Position numbers and translations under genes: made by a program
Notes under the pieces: model-generated
Told to the model about the DNA's origin: nothing
What the model saw: only the letters and a program-made list of their open reading frames with translations
Database searches by the model: none
Part shown: one piece after another, positions 1 to 10,066 of the stretch
How positions within the stretch are numbered: the first letter of the stretch is position 1
Layout: each line of letters starts with the position of its first letter
Source: Trichococcus sp.
GTDB taxonomy: Bacteria; Bacillota; Bacilli; Lactobacillales; Aerococcaceae
Assembly: GCF_049684335.1 (NCBI RefSeq)
Contig: NZ_JBAVFV010000007.1
Span: 2,968 to 66,967, forward strand
Reading direction: 5' to 3'
DNA: 64,000 nucleotides

Positions 1-1030
1 AGAACGCAATGTCGATCACGTCGGCATCGAAGTATTCCGTTTCCGCATACCCGGCAGCTGTGATGACACGACCCCAGTTGGCATCCTCGCCGAACATCGC
101 CGTCTTCACGAGACTGGAAGTCGCGACCGATTTTCCGATTGAAACCGCATCAGCCATTGTCTTCGCTCCGGAAACCAGCACCTCGACAAATTTTGTCGCC
201 CCTTCGCCGTCCTTGACCAAAAGCTGCGCCAATTCGGAGCAGATGGACAGGACAGCCGCTTCAACTTCGGCATAGCCGGCATCTTCAGCAGAAACAATCA
301 GCGGATTATCGAGTTTGCCGGTAGCGGCGACAAAGACGGAATCGTTCGTGCTCGTGTCCCCATCGATAGTCGCGTGGTTGAAGGTCGCATCCGCGGCTTT
401 CAGTAACATCGCATGCAAGGCCGTTTGGCTGATTGCGACATCGGTTGTGATGTAGCCCAGCATAGTGCCAAGGTTCGGATGGATCATTCCGGATCCTTTG
501 ACCATTCCGCCGATGGTAGCCGTCTTACCGGCGACTTCAAAGGTGAAGCTGACTTCTTTCGGAACGGTATCCGTCGTCATAATCGCCTTACTGGCTGCAG
601 CGCCGCCAAATTCGGAAACTTCCGGCGCGATCGCCTTGACCCCTTTTTTCATTGTCTCCATGTTCATGAACATCCCGATGACGCCTGTCGAAGACACCAA
701 CACTTCTTCCGGTTGGATGTTCAGTTCTGCAGAAAGGAGCTTCACGGTCTCTTCCACATCGGCTTTTCCTTGTTTGCCTGTACAGGCGTTCGCGTTGCCG
801 CTGTTGATCAAGATTGCCTTGAAGCGGTCATGTTGCTGCATGGCTTGTTGATCGTACTGGACCGGAGCCGCTTTGACTTTATTTTTGGTAAAGACGCCCG
901 CAACTGTCGCCCCATCAGGGAAATACAGCAGCGCCATGTCTTTTTTGCGTTTCTTGAATCCAGCGTGGATACCTGCGGCTTGCACACCTGCAGCAGCAGT
1001 CACACCGCTTTTATGTAATTTCTTTATCAT
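1..1030 (-). CDS. argJ: Ornithine acetyltransferase / N-acetylglutamate synthase ArgJ; the 3' end runs off the window
   Basis: Absent from the ORF track because there is no stop in the window. Reverse translation from the ATG at 1030 gives MIKKLHKSGVTAAAGVQAAGIHAGFKKRKKDMALLYFP...LINSGNANACTGKQG, an ArgJ-type N-terminus. An AGGAGG RBS lies upstream and the gene sits directly downstream of argC. Confidence 0.85.
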   Translation of the reverse strand, partial: MIKKLHKSGVTAAAGVQAAGIHAGFKKRKKDMALLYFPDGATVAGVFTKNKVKAAPVQYDQQAMQQHDRFKAILINSGNANACTGKQGKADVEETVKLLSAELNIQPEEVLVSSTGVIGMFMNMETMKKGVKAIAPEVSEFGGAAASKAIMTTDTVPKEVSFTFEVAGKTATIGGMVKGSGMIHPNLGTMLGYITTDVAISQTALHAMLLKAADATFNHATIDGDTSTNDSVFVAATGKLDNPLIVSAEDAGYAEVEAAVLSICSELAQLLVKDGEGATKFVEVLVSGAKTMADAVSIGKSVATSSLVKTAMFGEDANWGRVITAAGYAETEYFDADVIDIAF

Positions 1031-1061
1031 TTCTTCCGTCTCCTCCTTCAGTCTTCCGTTA

Positions 1062-2102
1062 TTACGGGAAAAGTCCAATCATCTGTAACCCTGTCGTTTC
1101 GGCAAGCCCGAACATCAGGTTCATGTTCTGCACTGCTTGGCCGGCAGCACCCTTCATCAAGTTGTCGATGACCGACACGATGATGACCCGGCCAGTTCGT
1201 TCATCGTAGGTGACACCCAATTGGCAGTTATTTGTACCTTTTACCGATTTCGTCATCGGCCACATGCCCGCAGGCAGGATCTGCACAAATGGTTCGTCTG
1301 CATAAGTTTCCTCAAATAGGGCGTGGATTTCGGCGGCTGTATGTCCCCCGGTGACCGTCGCATAGATGGTGCTGAGGATGCCTCGGCTCATCGGCACAAG
1401 ATGCGGCGTGAACTGGATCATCGTGTCCGTGCCGGCCATCTGCGTCAACAGCTGCTCGATTTCCGGTGTATGACGGTGATGCGCTACCCCATAGGCTTTG
1501 AAGCTGCTTTCCACCTCTGTGAAGAGGTTCGCTACGTTGCCGGCGCGGCCCGCTCCGGAAGTGCCGGATTTGGAATCGCAGACGATGCTGTTCGGCACGA
1601 CCCAACCTTTTTTCATCAACGGCATCAAGCCCAAGAGGATGCTCGTCACGAAGCAACCCGGGTTCGCAATGACTGCGGCATCCTTGATAGCATCACGGTC
1701 CCATTCAGGCAGACCGTATACAGCTTCTTCCAAAAGTTCCGGCTCTGTGTGCGGGACTTTGTACCATTCTTCGTAAACCGCTGCATCCTTCAACCGGAAA
1801 TCGGCCCCCAGATCGATGACTTTTTTGCCTTTTTCTTTGGCTTTCTTGGCTATCGGCAACGCGTGTCCATGCGGCAATGCCACAAAAATAACATCGCTGT
1901 CCGTCGTCACTTGTTCCAGATCCAATTCTTCGCAAGTGTGATCGACATTACCCAATAGGTGCGGAAAAAGATGCTGGATCTTTTGACCCGCATACGTGCG
2001 GGAGGTCAGATGATCCAAGACCACATCCTCGCGCAATCCCAATAATCGGACTAATTCCACCCCCGTGTAACCTGTTGCTCCAATGATACTGACATGAATC
2101 AT
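1062..2102 (-). CDS. argC: N-acetyl-gamma-glutamyl-phosphate reductase
   Basis: ORF 1062..2168. The start was moved to the internal ATG that gives MIHVSIIGATGYTGVELVRLL (NAD-binding GxxGxxG) with a GGGGGATGGGAAG RBS. The protein has the PGCF..T active-site region. Confidence 0.9.
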   Translation of the reverse strand: MIHVSIIGATGYTGVELVRLLGLREDVVLDHLTSRTYAGQKIQHLFPHLLGNVDHTCEELDLEQVTTDSDVIFVALPHGHALPIAKKAKEKGKKVIDLGADFRLKDAAVYEEWYKVPHTEPELLEEAVYGLPEWDRDAIKDAAVIANPGCFVTSILLGLMPLMKKGWVVPNSIVCDSKSGTSGAGRAGNVANLFTEVESSFKAYGVAHHRHTPEIEQLLTQMAGTDTMIQFTPHLVPMSRGILSTIYATVTGGHTAAEIHALFEETYADEPFVQILPAGMWPMTKSVKGTNNCQLGVTYDERTGRVIIVSVIDNLMKGAAGQAVQNMNLMFGLAETTGLQMIGLFP

Positions 2103-2174
2103 ACTTCCCATCCCCCTTTTTTTATTTGTTGCAAAAGCAGGCCAAGCCCGTTTTACAAAGACTTGCATATATAC

Positions 2175-2456
2175 AAAAAAAACTTCCGTGCCTATACCAA
2201 ATCAAATAGATTCAGTATAGGGACGAAAGTTCGTGGTGCCACCCTTATTTTCCAGCATGCGCGCAGGCCGGACTCAAGTATTGCTACTTTTGCGATAACG
2301 GGGCAACCGGATTAAACTTTATGGATCACATTCAGTTTATCAACTCAAAGTTCCTTTTCATCCATCGCGGTTGACCTTGCTTTCACCCTCCAAGGTTCGC
2401 TTCACTGTGCAAATGGATTACTCTTCTTGTCAAAGTTTTTGTTTGTGTTAGATGTT
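2175..2456 (-). promoter_or_regulatory. T-box leader (tRNA-sensing transcription attenuator) upstream of argC-argJ
   Basis: Read on the minus strand. The promoter is TTGACA (2487-2492), 17 nt, TAAATT. Stem I carries AGAGTA and GGTGAAAG motifs. The T-box sequence AAGGGTGGCACCACG lies at 2232-2246. A ~15-bp terminator helix (CTTTCGTCCCTATAC / GTATAGGCACGGAAG) and a U8 run ending at 2175 follow. Confidence 0.75.
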
Positions 2457-2502
2457 GTTTGACATTTGCATTAAATTTATCATCTGTTTTTCACTTTGTC
2501 AA

Positions 2503-3516
2503 TCAAACTTTTGGAATAAATAAATTTCCTAAGGTCGCAGCCATGATTGCCTTGATGGAATGCATGCGATTTTCAGCCTGTTCAAACTGAAGACCATGCT
2601 TGCTGCGGAAGGCGGCGTCAGTCACTTCCATCTCGCGCATGCCAAATGTTTCCGCGATTTCCTGTCCATATTGCGTTTTAGTATCATGGAAAGCCGGAAG
2701 GCAGTGCAACATGATCACATCGTCATTGCCGGTTTTCTCTATCATCTCCATATTGATTTGATAAGGCGTCAACAAGTCGATACGTTCCGCAAATTTATCT
2801 TCTTCGCCCATCGATACCCAAACATCGGTATAAAGGACATCAGCCGCTTTTACGCCTTTGGCTACATCAGCTGTGATTTCGATTTTGCTGCCGCTCTTTT
2901 CAGCGAATTTCTGTGCCATCTCAACCAATTCCTCAGTCGGGAACAGCGATTCCGGCGCGCAAATTGTAACGTCAACACCAAGAATAGCGCCGGTAACCAA
3001 CAGACTGTTGGCGACATTGTTGCGTCCATCCCCGACATAGACCAGCTTAAGTCCGGCCAGCTTGCCGAAATGCTCTTTGACCGTCAGGAAATCGGCGATC
3101 ATTTGCGTCGGATGCCATTCATCGGTCAAGCCGTTCCACACCGGTACACCGGCATATTTCGCTAAATCTTCGACAGTTTTTTGGCTGAAGCCGCGGAATT
3201 CGATGCCGTCGAACATGCTGCCTAGCACTTTAGCGGTGTCTTCAACGGATTCTTTTTTGCCCAATTGAATATCATTTTTCCCTAGATATTCAGGATGCGC
3301 CCCAAGATCGATGGCAGCCACTGTAAAAGCGGCTCTGGTACGGGTGGATGCTTTTTCGAACAAAAGGCAGATGTTTTTGCCTTCCAGATAACGGTGCGGA
3401 ATATTTCGTTTCTTCAGATCCTTCAGATGCGCCGAAAAATCAATCAGATACTCCAATTCTTCCCGAGTGAAATCTTTTTCCGCCAATAAGCTTCTTCCTT
3501 GAAATACTTGTTCCAA
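2503..3516 (-). CDS. argF: Ornithine carbamoyltransferase
   Basis: The protein has the STRTR carbamoyl-phosphate motif, HPTQ, and HCLP. ORF track start is GTG at 3549. A TTG at 3516 ([16 protein letters not shown]) with an AAAGGGGA RBS fits OTC N-termini better. The exact start is uncertain, and the argF versus arcB role is unresolved. Confidence 0.85.
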   Translation of the reverse strand: MEQVFQGRSLLAEKDFTREELEYLIDFSAHLKDLKKRNIPHRYLEGKNICLLFEKASTRTRAAFTVAAIDLGAHPEYLGKNDIQLGKKESVEDTAKVLGSMFDGIEFRGFSQKTVEDLAKYAGVPVWNGLTDEWHPTQMIADFLTVKEHFGKLAGLKLVYVGDGRNNVANSLLVTGAILGVDVTICAPESLFPTEELVEMAQKFAEKSGSKIEITADVAKGVKAADVLYTDVWVSMGEEDKFAERIDLLTPYQINMEMIEKTGNDDVIMLHCLPAFHDTKTQYGQEIAETFGMREMEVTDAAFRSKHGLQFEQAENRMHSIKAIMAATLGNLFIPKV

Positions 3517-3742
3517 AATTCTGCCATCCCCTTTTAATTTTATTCTCACTATCGTTCTTGCGAACGATCATTTTCGAGTCGTGATGCAACTATTATTGGA
3601 CTCATTTTATACCCAATTCTAATGAATTACAAACTATATTTTAACAATCCGGCAAGTCGGCTCTGGCTGAACACTTATTTTCGAAACTTTTATTTGACAA
3701 TACTACGGATTGGGATTATCCTAGAGACAACTTAATTGAATA

Positions 3743-3969
3743 GTCTTCAGGGACGGGTGAAAATCCCTACCGGTGGTAAAGCCCACGAGCCTTTAAAGCA
3801 GATTCGGTTAGATTCCGAAGCCGACAGTCAGAGTCTGGATGAAAGAAGACAGAAATCATTTATTGAATGGCCCCATACGTTTATTTGCCATGCAAAAAAC
3901 GCCTGTGCGCCATCCGTTCATGAATCAGAATGTCAATCCCTGGGTGTAGTCTATGCCCAGGGATTTTTG
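3743..3969 (+). promoter_or_regulatory. FMN riboswitch (RFN element) with intrinsic terminator
   Basis: Sequence GTCTTCAGGGACGGGTGAAAATCCCTACCGGTGGTAAAGCCCACGAGC...GATTCCGAAGCCGACAGT...AGTCTGGATGAAAGAAGAC matches the RFN consensus, with P1 formed by 3743-3748 and 3845-3850. The terminator AATCCCTGGG/CCCAGGGATTTTT is at 3935-3969. A candidate promoter TTGACA-N17-TATCCT starts at 3693. Confidence 0.92.
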
Positions 3970-4054
3970 GCTTTATTTAGCTGGCCTTCCTTTGTCGAGC
4001 CCTGAAGCAGAAATGTTCAGGGCTCTTTATTTTGGAAAAGGGAGGCACGCAAAG

Positions 4055-5158
4055 ATGCAAGATAAGGATACACACTTTATGCAAATGGCTCTGGAACTTG
4101 CAGAGAAAGGCCGCGGATCCGTCGCACCAAATCCGATGGTCGGCGCCATCATCGTCAAGGACGGACGCATCATCGGGTCCGGTTACCACGAAAAAATCGG
4201 GGAAGGCCATGCTGAAGTGAACGCGTTCCGCTCGGCAACAGAAGATGTGGCGGGCGCAACCATCTACGTGACCCTGGAGCCTTGCTCCCATTACGGCAAA
4301 ACGCCGCCCTGCTCCGACAAAATCATCGAAAAGAAAATCGGGCGGGTCGTCATCGCAGCTTTGGACCCCAATCCGTTGGTTTCCGGGCGTGGAGTCAAGA
4401 AATTGCAGGCTGCCGGCATCGAAGTGGTGACCGGCGTCCTGGCTGAAGAAAGCAGCCGTTTGAATGAAATATTCATGAAATACATAGTAAAAAAAGAGCC
4501 CTTCGTCGTCATGAAAGCAGCGATGTCCCTGGACGGAAAAATCGCGACCCGGACCGGCGAATCGCAATGGATCACTGGTCCTGCCGCAAGGGAACGCGTG
4601 CATCAACTGCGCAGCGCGCTCACCGGAATCATGGTCGGTGTCCAGACCGTCATCATCGACAATCCGCAGCTGACCTCCCGCATTCCGGGAGGGAAAAATC
4701 CGGTGCGGATCATCGTCGACAGCACCTTGCGCATCCCGTTGGAAGCAAAAGTGCTCCAGGATCAGGGCACGGCCAAGACTCTTGTCGCGACGACAGATCG
4801 AGCGGACCGCAATAAGGCAGCCCTGCTCGAAGAAGCCGGCATCGAAATTTTGACCGTACCCGCCAAGGACGGCCGGACCGACCTGAAGGCGCTTATGGGA
4901 GCTCTCGGAGAGCGCGGCATCGACAGCATCCTCCTGGAAGGCGGCGCGACTTTGAACTTTTCCGCATTGCAGGCAGGCATCGTCGATAAGCTGCAGGTCT
5001 ACATCGCCCCGAAACTGATCGGAGGAGAAACGGCAAAAACCCCAGTCGGCGGAGCTGGCATCGAAAAGCTGAGCCAGGCTTTCAACGTAATCGAGCTGAA
5101 GGCCAGCACCGTCGGGGAAGACATTCTCTTGGAAGGCTACATTTCCAAGAACGAATAA
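4055..5158 (+). CDS. ribD: Riboflavin biosynthesis deaminase/reductase RibD
   Basis: Start was moved to the ATG at 4055 (MQDKDTHFMQMALELAEKGRG) behind an AAAGGGAGG RBS. The protein has the HAE...PCSHYGKTPPC zinc deaminase motif and a C-terminal reductase domain. Confidence 0.93.
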   Translation: MQDKDTHFMQMALELAEKGRGSVAPNPMVGAIIVKDGRIIGSGYHEKIGEGHAEVNAFRSATEDVAGATIYVTLEPCSHYGKTPPCSDKIIEKKIGRVVIAALDPNPLVSGRGVKKLQAAGIEVVTGVLAEESSRLNEIFMKYIVKKEPFVVMKAAMSLDGKIATRTGESQWITGPAARERVHQLRSALTGIMVGVQTVIIDNPQLTSRIPGGKNPVRIIVDSTLRIPLEAKVLQDQGTAKTLVATTDRADRNKAALLEEAGIEILTVPAKDGRTDLKALMGALGERGIDSILLEGGATLNFSALQAGIVDKLQVYIAPKLIGGETAKTPVGGAGIEKLSQAFNVIELKASTVGEDILLEGYISKNE

Positions 5159-5181
5159 TAGAGGAAAGTGGGAGGAAATTC

Positions 5182-5835
5182 ATGTTTACTGGAATCATCG
5201 AAGAAGTCGGCACCTTAAAAGGTATCCGCCATGGCCAAAAATCTTCCGTCGTGACAGTCGGCGGAAAAAAAGTGCTGGTCGGGACAAAAATCGGCGACAG
5301 CATTTCCACCAACGGCATCTGCCTGACGGTCACAAAGCTGCATAAGGACGCCTTCGATGCGGATGTCATGCCGGAAACGCTGAAGCGCTCAAACCTTGGC
5401 GCCCTTCAGATGGGCGGCCGCGTCAATCTGGAACGGGCATTGCAGCTCGACACCCGACTGGGCGGGCACATCGTAAGCGGCCATATCGACGGCACCGGAT
5501 CGATCAAGGAATACCGCAAGGACGATAATGCGGTCTGGATCACTATCTCAGCCGGCCCGGACCTGCTCCGCTACATCATAGAAAAAGGCTCGATCGCCAT
5601 CGACGGCGTCAGCCTGACGGTCGCGACCGTCGATAACCAATCGTTCCAGGTATCCATCATTCCCCATACCGGAGCAGAAACGATCCTGCTTGAGAAGAAT
5701 TTGGGCGACACGGTCAATCTAGAGTGCGACATCATCGGCAAATACGTGGAAAAGCTGCTGGGCCTGAGCCCGCAGATACAAACGAAACAAAGCAACCTAT
5801 CTGAAGCTTTCTTGAAAGAGAACGGCTTCTTCTGA
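5182..5835 (+). CDS. ribE: Riboflavin synthase alpha chain
   Basis: [11 protein letters not shown]-terminus and a duplicated lumazine-binding repeat ([10 protein letters not shown] / [10 protein letters not shown]). Confidence 0.93.
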   Translation: MFTGIIEEVGTLKGIRHGQKSSVVTVGGKKVLVGTKIGDSISTNGICLTVTKLHKDAFDADVMPETLKRSNLGALQMGGRVNLERALQLDTRLGGHIVSGHIDGTGSIKEYRKDDNAVWITISAGPDLLRYIIEKGSIAIDGVSLTVATVDNQSFQVSIIPHTGAETILLEKNLGDTVNLECDIIGKYVEKLLGLSPQIQTKQSNLSEAFLKENGFF

Positions 5836-5857
5836 AATTAAGAGGAGGGAAACATAC

Positions 5858-7054
5858 ATGTTCAATACATCTGAAGAAATCATCGCGGACATCAGAGCCG
5901 GCAAAATCATTGTGCTGGTCGATGATGAGGATCGCGAAAATGAAGGCGATCTGATCTGCGCAGCGGAATTCGCGACGCCGGAAAACATCAATTTCATGGC
6001 CATCTACGCGAAAGGCCTGATCTGCATGCCGATGGATCGGACACTCACCGAAAAATTGGTGCTGACCCCGATGGTGGACCGCAACACCGATAATCACGGG
6101 ACAGCCTTCACCGTCGCCATCGACCATGTCGAAACGACAACCGGCATCTCAGCCTTCGAACGCTCTTTGACCGTCATGAAGGCAGTGGAGGATAACGCCC
6201 AGCCCGAAGATTTCCGCAGACCGGGCCACATCTTCCCGCTGAAAGCTGTGGACAACGGCGTACTCGCGCGCAACGGCCACACCGAAGCCACCGTCGACTT
6301 GGCGCGTTTGGCCGGGCTGAAGCCGGCAGGGCTCTGCTGCGAAATCATGGCCGATGACGGCACGATGATGCGCACAGCCGAACTGATCACTTTCGCCAAA
6401 GAGCATGACCTGAAGATCGGCACAATCGCCGACCTGATCGCCTACCGTAAGGAGAACGAACAGCTCTACAAACGCGAAGGCAAAGCCAAATTGCCCACCA
6501 AATACGGTAAATTCGACATTTACACTTACGTGAGCACCATCGACGAGGACGAGCACCACGTTGCCTTGGTCATGGGCGATGTCACAACTGAAGAACCCGT
6601 TCTGGTGCGCGTCCATTCCGAATGCTTGACCGGTGACGTATTCGGGTCGAAACGCTGCGACTGCGGCCAACAATTGGACGCTGCCATGAAGCAGATTGCC
6701 GAGGAAGGCCGCGGGATCTTGGTCTACTTGCGCCAAGAAGGACGCGGCATCGGCCTTGTCAACAAAATCCACGCTTATGCACTGCAGGACCAAGGCTACG
6801 ATACAGTTGACGCCAACCTGATGCTGGGATTCCCCAGCGACCTGCGCGAATACTACATGGCTGATGAGATGCTGCAGGATTTGGGCGTCAAGGAAATCCG
6901 GCTGCTGACGAACAACCCGCTTAAGATAGAGGGATTGAAAAATCACGGTCTGAAGATAACTGAACGGATTCCGATCCAGCTGGAAATCTTCGACGAAACA
7001 CAACGCTACATGGAAACAAAGAAACAAAAGATGGGACACTACTTGGATTTATAA
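5858..7054 (+). CDS. ribBA: Bifunctional 3,4-dihydroxy-2-butanone-4-phosphate synthase / GTP cyclohydrolase II
   Basis: DHBP synthase motif [11 protein letters not shown] plus the GTP cyclohydrolase II motif [15 protein letters not shown]. Confidence 0.93.
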   Translation: MFNTSEEIIADIRAGKIIVLVDDEDRENEGDLICAAEFATPENINFMAIYAKGLICMPMDRTLTEKLVLTPMVDRNTDNHGTAFTVAIDHVETTTGISAFERSLTVMKAVEDNAQPEDFRRPGHIFPLKAVDNGVLARNGHTEATVDLARLAGLKPAGLCCEIMADDGTMMRTAELITFAKEHDLKIGTIADLIAYRKENEQLYKREGKAKLPTKYGKFDIYTYVSTIDEDEHHVALVMGDVTTEEPVLVRVHSECLTGDVFGSKRCDCGQQLDAAMKQIAEEGRGILVYLRQEGRGIGLVNKIHAYALQDQGYDTVDANLMLGFPSDLREYYMADEMLQDLGVKEIRLLTNNPLKIEGLKNHGLKITERIPIQLEIFDETQRYMETKKQKMGHYLDL

Positions 7055-7087
7055 AAAAATAATACAACCAAACAGGAGGAAAACAAA

Positions 7088-7549
7088 ATGAACATCATCG
7101 AAGGACAATTAATTGCACAGGATTTAAAAATCGCTATCGTGGTGGCAAGATTCAATGAATTCATCGGCTCGAAATTAGTGGGCGGCGCCTTGGACGGTTT
7201 GAAGCGCCATGGCGTGGCTGAAGATGCCATCGATTTGGCATGGGTTCCCGGTGCATACGAAATCCCATTGGTAGCACAAAAAATGGCAGCTTCCGGAAAA
7301 TATGATGCCGTCATCACTTTGGGAGCCGTCATCAAGGGCGCAACGGCGCATTTCGATTACGTCTGTTCCGAAGTTTCCAAAGGCGTAGCAACAGCTTCCA
7401 TGAGTACAGGCGTGCCGGTCATCTTCGGCGTACTGACGACTGATACGATCGAACAAGCCATCGAGCGCGCTGGCACGAAAGCGGGCAACAAAGGCTATGA
7501 TTGTGCCGTATCCGCTATCGAAATGGCCAACCTGCTTAAAAATTTATAA
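7088..7549 (+). CDS. ribH: 6,7-dimethyl-8-ribityllumazine synthase
   Basis: 153 aa with [10 protein letters not shown] and the [17 protein letters not shown] lumazine synthase signature. Confidence 0.93.
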   Translation: MNIIEGQLIAQDLKIAIVVARFNEFIGSKLVGGALDGLKRHGVAEDAIDLAWVPGAYEIPLVAQKMAASGKYDAVITLGAVIKGATAHFDYVCSEVSKGVATASMSTGVPVIFGVLTTDTIEQAIERAGTKAGNKGYDCAVSAIEMANLLKNL

Positions 7550-7555
7550 AAATTC

Positions 7556-8221
7556 ATGGGAAAACTAATGTTCAAAGGAGTCCGCACCATCATACTTGAC
7601 TACGACGGCACCCTCCATGACAGCACCCGGAATTACATCCACGCTTTCAAACAAGCCTATGCTTACCTTGTCGACACCTGCCACGCTGTTCCAAAGGATT
7701 GGGCAGATGCGGAAATCACGAAGTGGCTGGGCTACAGCAGCAAAGCGATGTGGGAAAATTTCATGCCCGACTTGGATGAGGAAGTCCGATCGAAGGCCTC
7801 AAAAATGATCGGCCAGATCCTGCTGGAAAAAGCCCAAACCGGGCAGGCAGTCCTTTACGAAGGCGCTCTGGAAACCTTGCAGGCATTGAAGGAGAAAGGC
7901 TACCGCTTGGTATTTTTGAGCAACTGCAGCCGGGCCTACATGGAAGCGCACCGGGAAAGCTTCGGCTTGGAACGCTACTTCGATGGCATGTACTGCACGG
8001 AAGATTTCAGCTTCATCCCCAAATATGAAATCTTCGAATCGATCCGAGCTGTTTTTCCTGGCTATTACCTAATCGTGGGCGACCGTTTCCAGGACATCGA
8101 GGTCGCCGAGCATCATCCCGTCCGCACAGTGGGTTGCCGCTACGGATTCGGCTTTCCCGGAGAACTGGACTCGGCAGATGCACTGATAGACGATATCCGC
8201 GAATTGAATGAGTTGCTGTAA
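7556..8221 (+). CDS. HAD-superfamily phosphatase (DxDGT type), last gene of the rib operon
   Basis: HAD motif I is ILDYDGTLHDS, with a later LSNCS and a GDRFQD motif. It starts 7 nt after the ribH stop, and the only terminator follows it. Confidence 0.7.
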   Translation: MGKLMFKGVRTIILDYDGTLHDSTRNYIHAFKQAYAYLVDTCHAVPKDWADAEITKWLGYSSKAMWENFMPDLDEEVRSKASKMIGQILLEKAQTGQAVLYEGALETLQALKEKGYRLVFLSNCSRAYMEAHRESFGLERYFDGMYCTEDFSFIPKYEIFESIRAVFPGYYLIVGDRFQDIEVAEHHPVRTVGCRYGFGFPGELDSADALIDDIRELNELL

Positions 8222-8227
8222 CAATAG

Positions 8228-8260
8228 AAAGAGGCTGGGAAAAATCCCAGCCTCTTTCTG
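8228..8260 (+). terminator. Intrinsic terminator of the rib-HAD operon
   Basis: AAAGAGGCTGGGA aaaa TCCCAGCCTCTTT followed by CTG. Confidence 0.8.
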
Positions 8261-8415
8261 CGCTTCCGGATATTAGATGCATAAACGTGGAACAGCCTAC
8301 ATAAAAAGGATTCGTCGGCTGTTTGTAAAACTACGACTGCTTATCAGCCGACACAAAAGAGAGTCCTTGACTGTTCGCACGGAGGCACATGACGAATAAC
8401 CGACGAAGCACACTT

Positions 8416-9093
8416 TCACCGGAAATTCCGATTCAACCGGTCCAATAAGCGATAAAGCAGCTCCCTGTTGCTCGCAGGTATCGAATAACTCCGTATTTCC
8501 GCTTCTGTCTGCGTATAAGTGCTTCCGTCCAAGAAGGCCGCATCGTTCTGGAGGATATTTTCGATGCTTTCCTGTGTAGATTCGAAATGGAATTGCAGAC
8601 CAATCACATTTTCATTATAGACAAAACCTTGATTCGGACAGACATCGCTTGCGAACAGGCGCTCCGCTCCTGCTGGCAAGCCGAATTGCTCGCCATGCCA
8701 ATGGAAAACGACCAGTTCCTCAGGTAGAGCACCGACAATTGTCGAGCCCATCGTTTGGATCGGCAGCCAGCCCGCTTCCCGGTATTCCCCCTGAAAAATG
8801 TCGGCTCCCAAAGCTTTAGCAATCTGCTGCCCACCCAGACAAACACCGAACATTGGCTTGCCCTGACTGATGAGTGCCCGGATAAGCTGCCGCTCCTCCT
8901 CCATCCAAGGCAAGTCATCCAGGACGCTCATAGGACCTCCCAATATCACAAGGGAATCCGTTTCTTCCACTTTCGGCACAGCCTCCCCCAAGAATAGGCG
9001 GTATATCCTGTATTCGTTCCCGGTCTGTCGGCACCAATTCTCGATTTCCGCTGGCCCTTCAAAATCCACGTGCTGCAAAATTGCGATTTCCAT
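8416..9093 (-). CDS. Class I glutamine amidotransferase-like protein (GuaA-N-like)
   Basis: 225 aa with the nucleophile elbow FGVCLGGQ and a HWHGEQF motif. AAGGAGGG RBS. Confidence 0.75.
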   Translation of the reverse strand: MEIAILQHVDFEGPAEIENWCRQTGNEYRIYRLFLGEAVPKVEETDSLVILGGPMSVLDDLPWMEEERQLIRALISQGKPMFGVCLGGQQIAKALGADIFQGEYREAGWLPIQTMGSTIVGALPEELVVFHWHGEQFGLPAGAERLFASDVCPNQGFVYNENVIGLQFHFESTQESIENILQNDAAFLDGSTYTQTEAEIRSYSIPASNRELLYRLLDRLNRNFR

Positions 9094-9251
9094 GCTGATC
9101 CCTCCTTAAAATTGATTGTTCCCAGCATAATATATGAGCCCGCAACCGTTACCCATCGCCGGGTTATTGAGTGCAGATGCAGGTGGAGAATGTTATGATA
9201 GACCTATAGAAAACACTTGATCCAAAGCCATTTCCGAAGGGAGCAAGCACC

Positions 9252-9560
9252 ATGAGAAACCTGGACAAAGAAATTGCGATCATCAAAAAATTCAAAGCTG
9301 AGCACCCGAACAAATCCTACAAACTCTACATCGAAACAAGCGATGACTTCGACTTCCATGACGAAACCGAAAGCGAAGACTACATCGCCGTCCTCATCGC
9401 CGAACTGGAAACCGAAACACCCGTAGAAAACCCGTTCCTGGAAGGCACATCCGCCTATACCTGGGATGCCGAATACGTCATCTACATCGACAAACCCACT
9501 ACAGCAGACCGGGAATTGATCACCAAGCTTTATTATGACGAACTGCTCCAATATGTCTGA
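9252..9560 (+). CDS. Hypothetical acidic protein
   Basis: 102-aa ORF with an AAGGGAG RBS. A terminator hairpin CTGAAGGG/CCCTTCAG plus a T-run lies at 9557-9590. No family recognised. Confidence 0.5.
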   Translation: MRNLDKEIAIIKKFKAEHPNKSYKLYIETSDDFDFHDETESEDYIAVLIAELETETPVENPFLEGTSAYTWDAEYVIYIDKPTTADRELITKLYYDELLQYV

Positions 9561-9566
9561 AGGGAA

Positions 9567-9746
9567 TCACCCTTCAGGCATTTTTTCATCCGTTTCATCT
9601 TTAGCAGTTTCCTCCAAAACACGCTCTTGGGGTTTATGCTCTGCTGGTTTCCCCTCATCGGGCCCACTCCCGCTTGGTTCCGTTTTTTTGGACGAACGCA
9701 GCATCTTCTCCACGAGCAGTTTGACCAACCGATCCAGTTCAACCAT
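9567..9746 (-). CDS. Hypothetical small charged protein
   Basis: About 59 codons behind a strong GGGGAGGAA RBS. Its 3' end overlaps the terminator hairpin of the convergent gene. No family recognised. Confidence 0.3.
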   Translation of the reverse strand: MVELDRLVKLLVEKMLRSSKKTEPSGSGPDEGKPAEHKPQERVLEETAKDETDEKMPEG

Positions 9747-9866
9747 CACGATTCCTCCCCTGCTTTTTTACCATCATACAATATCTGCCCGAATATTTCG
9801 GGATATTTTTTTATTTTTATCCTAGTTACGACAAACAGATTAGTCGTTCAAGGACTGTTCGGACAT

Positions 9867-10066
9867 TCAGTCCAAATCGGCTCCGTTTGAAGCGATGACT
9901 TTTTTGTACCAGTGGAACGAATCTTTTTTGCTGCTTTCCAGACTGCCTTTTCCTTCATCATCCTGATCGACATAGATGAAGCCGTAGCGTTTGGATATTT
10001 CGCTGGCGCTGATCAGATCGATGCAGCTCCAGGGCATGTAGCCCATCAGATTTACACCTGCTCCAC
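9867..10066 (-). pseudogene. 3'-terminal fragment of a GH1 6-phospho-beta-glucosidase gene
   Basis: The minus-strand frame reads ...[63 protein letters not shown], a typical GH1 C-terminus. No upstream ~400 codons exist. The fragment abuts and overlaps the stop of the LevR-like gene. Confidence 0.8.

Noticed and set aside
413-1018. Plus-strand ORFs of 201, 128 and 71 aa at the left edge of the window
   Set aside because: They lie antisense to a clear ArgJ reading frame that runs off the window, and their sequences are low-complexity with no RBS. They are shadow ORFs.
6149-7039. 296-aa minus-strand ORF inside ribBA
   Set aside because: It is antisense to a well-supported ribBA frame. Its composition (H/V/Q/F/G-rich) is typical of a reverse-frame artefact and it has no RBS.
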